From assembly GCA_037305845.1 (NCBI GenBank), contig CP147778.1:1696001-1760000 (forward strand): a DNA stretch of 64,000 nucleotides, read 5' to 3'. A program made the translations under genes and the position numbers. The number at the start of each line of letters is the position of its first letter. Positions within the stretch are counted from its first letter, which is position 1. The notes beneath the pieces were generated by a model. The model searched no databases and was not told the origin of the DNA. It worked only from the letters and a program-made list of their open reading frames with translations. The DNA comes from Candidatus Freyarchaeum deiterrae (lineage in GTDB: Archaea; Asgardarchaeota; Jordiarchaeia; Jordiarchaeales; Jordiarchaeaceae). Shown piece by piece: positions 61,223-64,000 of the stretch.

Positions 61223-62233
61223 TTAATACGAGGTTATTTTTTGCTGAGTATTATTGGAGGGCTCGGGTTTCGCTTCTATTCCCAACCTTGCCTTAATTTC
61301 TTCTGCCAGCCGCGGTGCACTACCCGGACGAGCATTATCCGTTATAACCAATTTCGGCTTACACTTTTTCACATATTCAATTAACTGATTAAAATCCGAG
61401 TGCCCACTAAATGAAACAACATATTCCTTTGGTCCTGTTTTTTTACATGGTATTTTAAATTGCCAGCCTGTTAAATGTATATAGGTAGAATTTTCAAATA
61501 CTCTTGGTCTAACTGAGGGGTGATAAAAACCGATGTATTGTTGAGATTTCAGGATTTTTCTTCCCATTTCACTTTGTGAGGAGTAAAACTCACCCAGAGG
61601 AATGTTATATTTCTCGTAAATTTTTGAAACCGAATAGACTTTGGGTGGATTAATGAAGGATGTTTCTATTTTCGCTTCGTGAAGTAAGCTCATTGCTTCT
61701 TGTAGCTTTCCATAGAACCCAAATATGATAACTGAGCTTTTATTTTCCAGCTCAGCCCGGACTAGACTAATTAGTTCGTCTTTAACCCGACTAAATGGCG
61801 GTCTAATACACGAGGGATGACCATAAGTAGCATCCAGAACTAGAATATCACACTCTGTTGCTTGTATTTTTTCATATATGAAATCGCTGCTATAAAAGTA
61901 CTTGTCTCCCTTTAGTGTTTCCACCAAAACTTGAGCTGCTCCAAGTATATGTTCAGATGGAAAGAGGGTTATAGTGTCCTCTTCGTAGCTAAAGGGTGTC
62001 TTATAGTTGGGTGTAATTATCTGAGGTGGATACAATCCTTTCATAACTTCCAGTAAATCCTTGGTTGCGGAGGTTACACAAATCAGATCGGAATCTCTTA
62101 TACTCTCTTCTATTCCCAAAAGGTGATCAGAATGAACATGTGTTATCACTCTTATTTTATGCCCCGGAAAATATCCATCGCAAGCAACTTTATCTAGGAA
62201 TATTGCCCCCGACTTTTTTATAGTTACGCTCAT
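61223..62233 (-). CDS. MBL-fold/beta-CASP nuclease-like protein
   Basis: THVHSDH, HILGAAQ, YSSDF, LDATYG, FSGHSDF. Confidence 0.85.
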   Translation of the reverse strand: MSVTIKKSGAIFLDKVACDGYFPGHKIRVITHVHSDHLLGIEESIRDSDLICVTSATKDLLEVMKGLYPPQIITPNYKTPFSYEEDTITLFPSEHILGAAQVLVETLKGDKYFYSSDFIYEKIQATECDILVLDATYGHPSCIRPPFSRVKDELISLVRAELENKSSVIIFGFYGKLQEAMSLLHEAKIETSFINPPKVYSVSKIYEKYNIPLGEFYSSQSEMGRKILKSQQYIGFYHPSVRPRVFENSTYIHLTGWQFKIPCKKTGPKEYVVSFSGHSDFNQLIEYVKKCKPKLVITDNARPGSAPRLAEEIKARLGIEAKPEPSNNTQQKITSY

Positions 62234-62368
62234 AAAGCCAACCCCGGATTTAGGGCATAGTTTTAAATACAGATATTCGGTGGGAATTTAAAAACTTGTT
62301 ATGATTAATAAATTGTAGGATAGAAAGTTTATCCTAGGTCAAAGCTTGCTCTACTGATAATTATTCTT

Positions 62369-63088
62369 GTGAAAGAATCGGAATTAGTTTTGGTGTTTAA
62401 AATGTCAAATAAGTTATTCAATGAGGCTATTTCTAGGGGGGATTTTATCGAGGCGTACAGGATAGCAAAGTTTGTTTTACGAGATGAAAGGCGAGCTTGG
62501 GATCTTTATACTAGCGCTTTGGATTCTATTGGAAGTTTAATATACACCGCAGTGGACTTGAAGAGAAGCGGTAATTATGAGGAAGCTGTCAGACTTTTTT
62601 TGCGTTGCGCTGAATTTTTCGAAGGAGAAAAGGATTATGGCCGGGCTAGCGGATTTTTCTTAGAAGTTGGAGACTGCTTCTCAGAAACAAATAATCCGAA
62701 GAAGGCGAGGGATAGTTTTATGCGGGGGTATGAGCTCGCCGTCCTAGACTGGAGAATTTTTGACCCTACCAAAAAAATAGCATCTCTTAGCGTGTTGCTT
62801 TCCCTACTAGTTACATTGTTAAATGGAGAATTAAATGAGGCAAAGAACATCTTTAAAATAGTTAGATCCTCCCTAGAGGAGAGAGAACGTCGGAAGTTGC
62901 GTAGACAGGACTACTATAAAATAGCTAAATATGTTTATAATTCTCTTCTTAAAGAGAATACTCTAAACCTTAAGGATCTCGAAAACATGCTAGCAAAGCA
63001 GGAAAAAACAGATTTTCTAACTTTTCTGAAAGATTTATCTAAAGCATATTTTACTGTTAAGAGATTTTTGGAAAAGTTTCTAAATTGA
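62369..63088 (+). CDS. TPR/SNAP-like alpha-helical repeat protein
   Basis: GNYEEAVRLFLRCAE...ASGFFLEVGDCF...ARDSFMRG helical repeats. Confidence 0.55.
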   Translation: MKESELVLVFKMSNKLFNEAISRGDFIEAYRIAKFVLRDERRAWDLYTSALDSIGSLIYTAVDLKRSGNYEEAVRLFLRCAEFFEGEKDYGRASGFFLEVGDCFSETNNPKKARDSFMRGYELAVLDWRIFDPTKKIASLSVLLSLLVTLLNGELNEAKNIFKIVRSSLEERERRKLRRQDYYKIAKYVYNSLLKENTLNLKDLENMLAKQEKTDFLTFLKDLSKAYFTVKRFLEKFLN

Positions 63089-63195
63089 CATAATAATATT
63101 CATGTGTAGGAAAATTATGCAAAATATAATTTGTGAATAACCCGGAATTTACGAACATTTTTTGTTTTATAGAGCTTGTTATTAGGTGGAAATTT

Positions 63196-64000
63196 TTGGA
63201 AACTGGTAAAAAAAGAATATTTGAAGTTGTAAAGCATGACGGACCTGGAAGAATAGGTAAAATCGATTTAATAAATAAAAAAATTGCAACCCCTTTACTT
63301 ATTCACGCTCATTTTCATCACATAAATTACAATTTCGAAAAAATTGAGATTTTGAATGTTATGCCTGATTCTTTAGAAGAACAATTTCATGATAATGTTT
63401 TTTTAACAAACTCTGCTAATCCTTTAATCTACCCTAATTTAGATCAAAATTTAGAAGATCAATTGAGGTTACACCCAAACGTTTTAACTGTTCCATGTGG
63501 CTCTTTTATAGAACTGGAAAAGAAAACTACTCAGAGTTTTTTTGACAATTTAATAAAAAATGCTATTTACTTTAGAGAAAAGGTTGGAAAAAGCCATCTC
63601 GCTGTTCCGGTTTTCTATTCAAAGTATTCTGACTTGTGCGATAATCAGATCAATAATCTTTCTCAAATCGGTTTTGACGTATATGCTCTGAAGAATCTAG
63701 GTGAGATTATAGGAAATCCTCGTCAACTAGTAGAATTTATTGTAAAGGTAAGGGAAAGAATTCAACCCGATTCCTTACTATATGTTCCAGGTTTAATTCA
63801 TCCTGCTTATTACCCTCATTTGATTTATTCTGGTGTGGATATTTTCGATACAACCCTCATGATACTGGAAGCAAGGAGGGGTAGCTTATTACTGGAAGAT
63901 AGATCAAAAAAAATCGGGGAATTAGTTGAGCTTCCTTGCAACTGTCAGGTTTGTGAATCTTACAGCGTATCTGAATTGATGGAAATGCCCCCCAGTGAAC
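63196..64000 (+). CDS. arcS: Archaeosine synthase ArcS (TGT-like), 3' end runs off the window
   Basis: Manual translation from TTG at 63196: FEVVKHDGPGRIG...NPRQLVEFIVKVRE..PDSLLYVPG...YSGVDIFD...PCNCQVC. Confidence 0.75.
   Translation, partial: METGKKRIFEVVKHDGPGRIGKIDLINKKIATPLLIHAHFHHINYNFEKIEILNVMPDSLEEQFHDNVFLTNSANPLIYPNLDQNLEDQLRLHPNVLTVPCGSFIELEKKTTQSFFDNLIKNAIYFREKVGKSHLAVPVFYSKYSDLCDNQINNLSQIGFDVYALKNLGEIIGNPRQLVEFIVKVRERIQPDSLLYVPGLIHPAYYPHLIYSGVDIFDTTLMILEARRGSLLLEDRSKKIGELVELPCNCQVCESYSVSELMEMPPSE

Noticed and set aside
1-64000. CRISPR arrays, rRNA, integrases/transposases, inteins, SRP RNA
   Set aside because: No repeat-spacer periodicity or diagnostic motifs seen; polC and nrdD show no intein-like insertions.

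Overview
This is a housekeeping-rich 64 kb window from an AT-rich archaeon. PolD, a Rab-like GTPase, a non-catalytic beta-type splicing endonuclease subunit and intron-rich tRNAs suggest an Asgard or TACK-related lineage (inference). It holds about 50 CDSs: translation and tRNA-modification genes, gatCAB, srp54, EF-2, polC, rpl2-rpl3-rpl4, leuA/cimA and trx-nrdD. It also holds RNase P RNA and 8 tRNA genes carrying 13 bulge-helix-bulge (BHB) type introns, 11 of them at non-canonical positions. Main result: moaE is interrupted by a 25-nt BHB intron containing a stop codon, and splicing at the standard BHB positions exactly restores the conserved PIWKKE...YWV C-terminus. This points to tRNA-endonuclease-type pre-mRNA splicing in a gene other than cbf5. 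Other highlights: an unannotated ~450-nt structured RNA between gatB and a proteasome chaperone gene; a C/D guide RNA predicted to methylate C34 of this window's tRNA-Leu(CAA), plus an inverted duplicate; an initiator tRNA with a 5-nt middle exon; a 9-nt tRNA intron; and a protease-less Lon-like ATPase ending in an HbYX motif. No CRISPR array, rRNA or transposase was seen. All structures were derived by hand.
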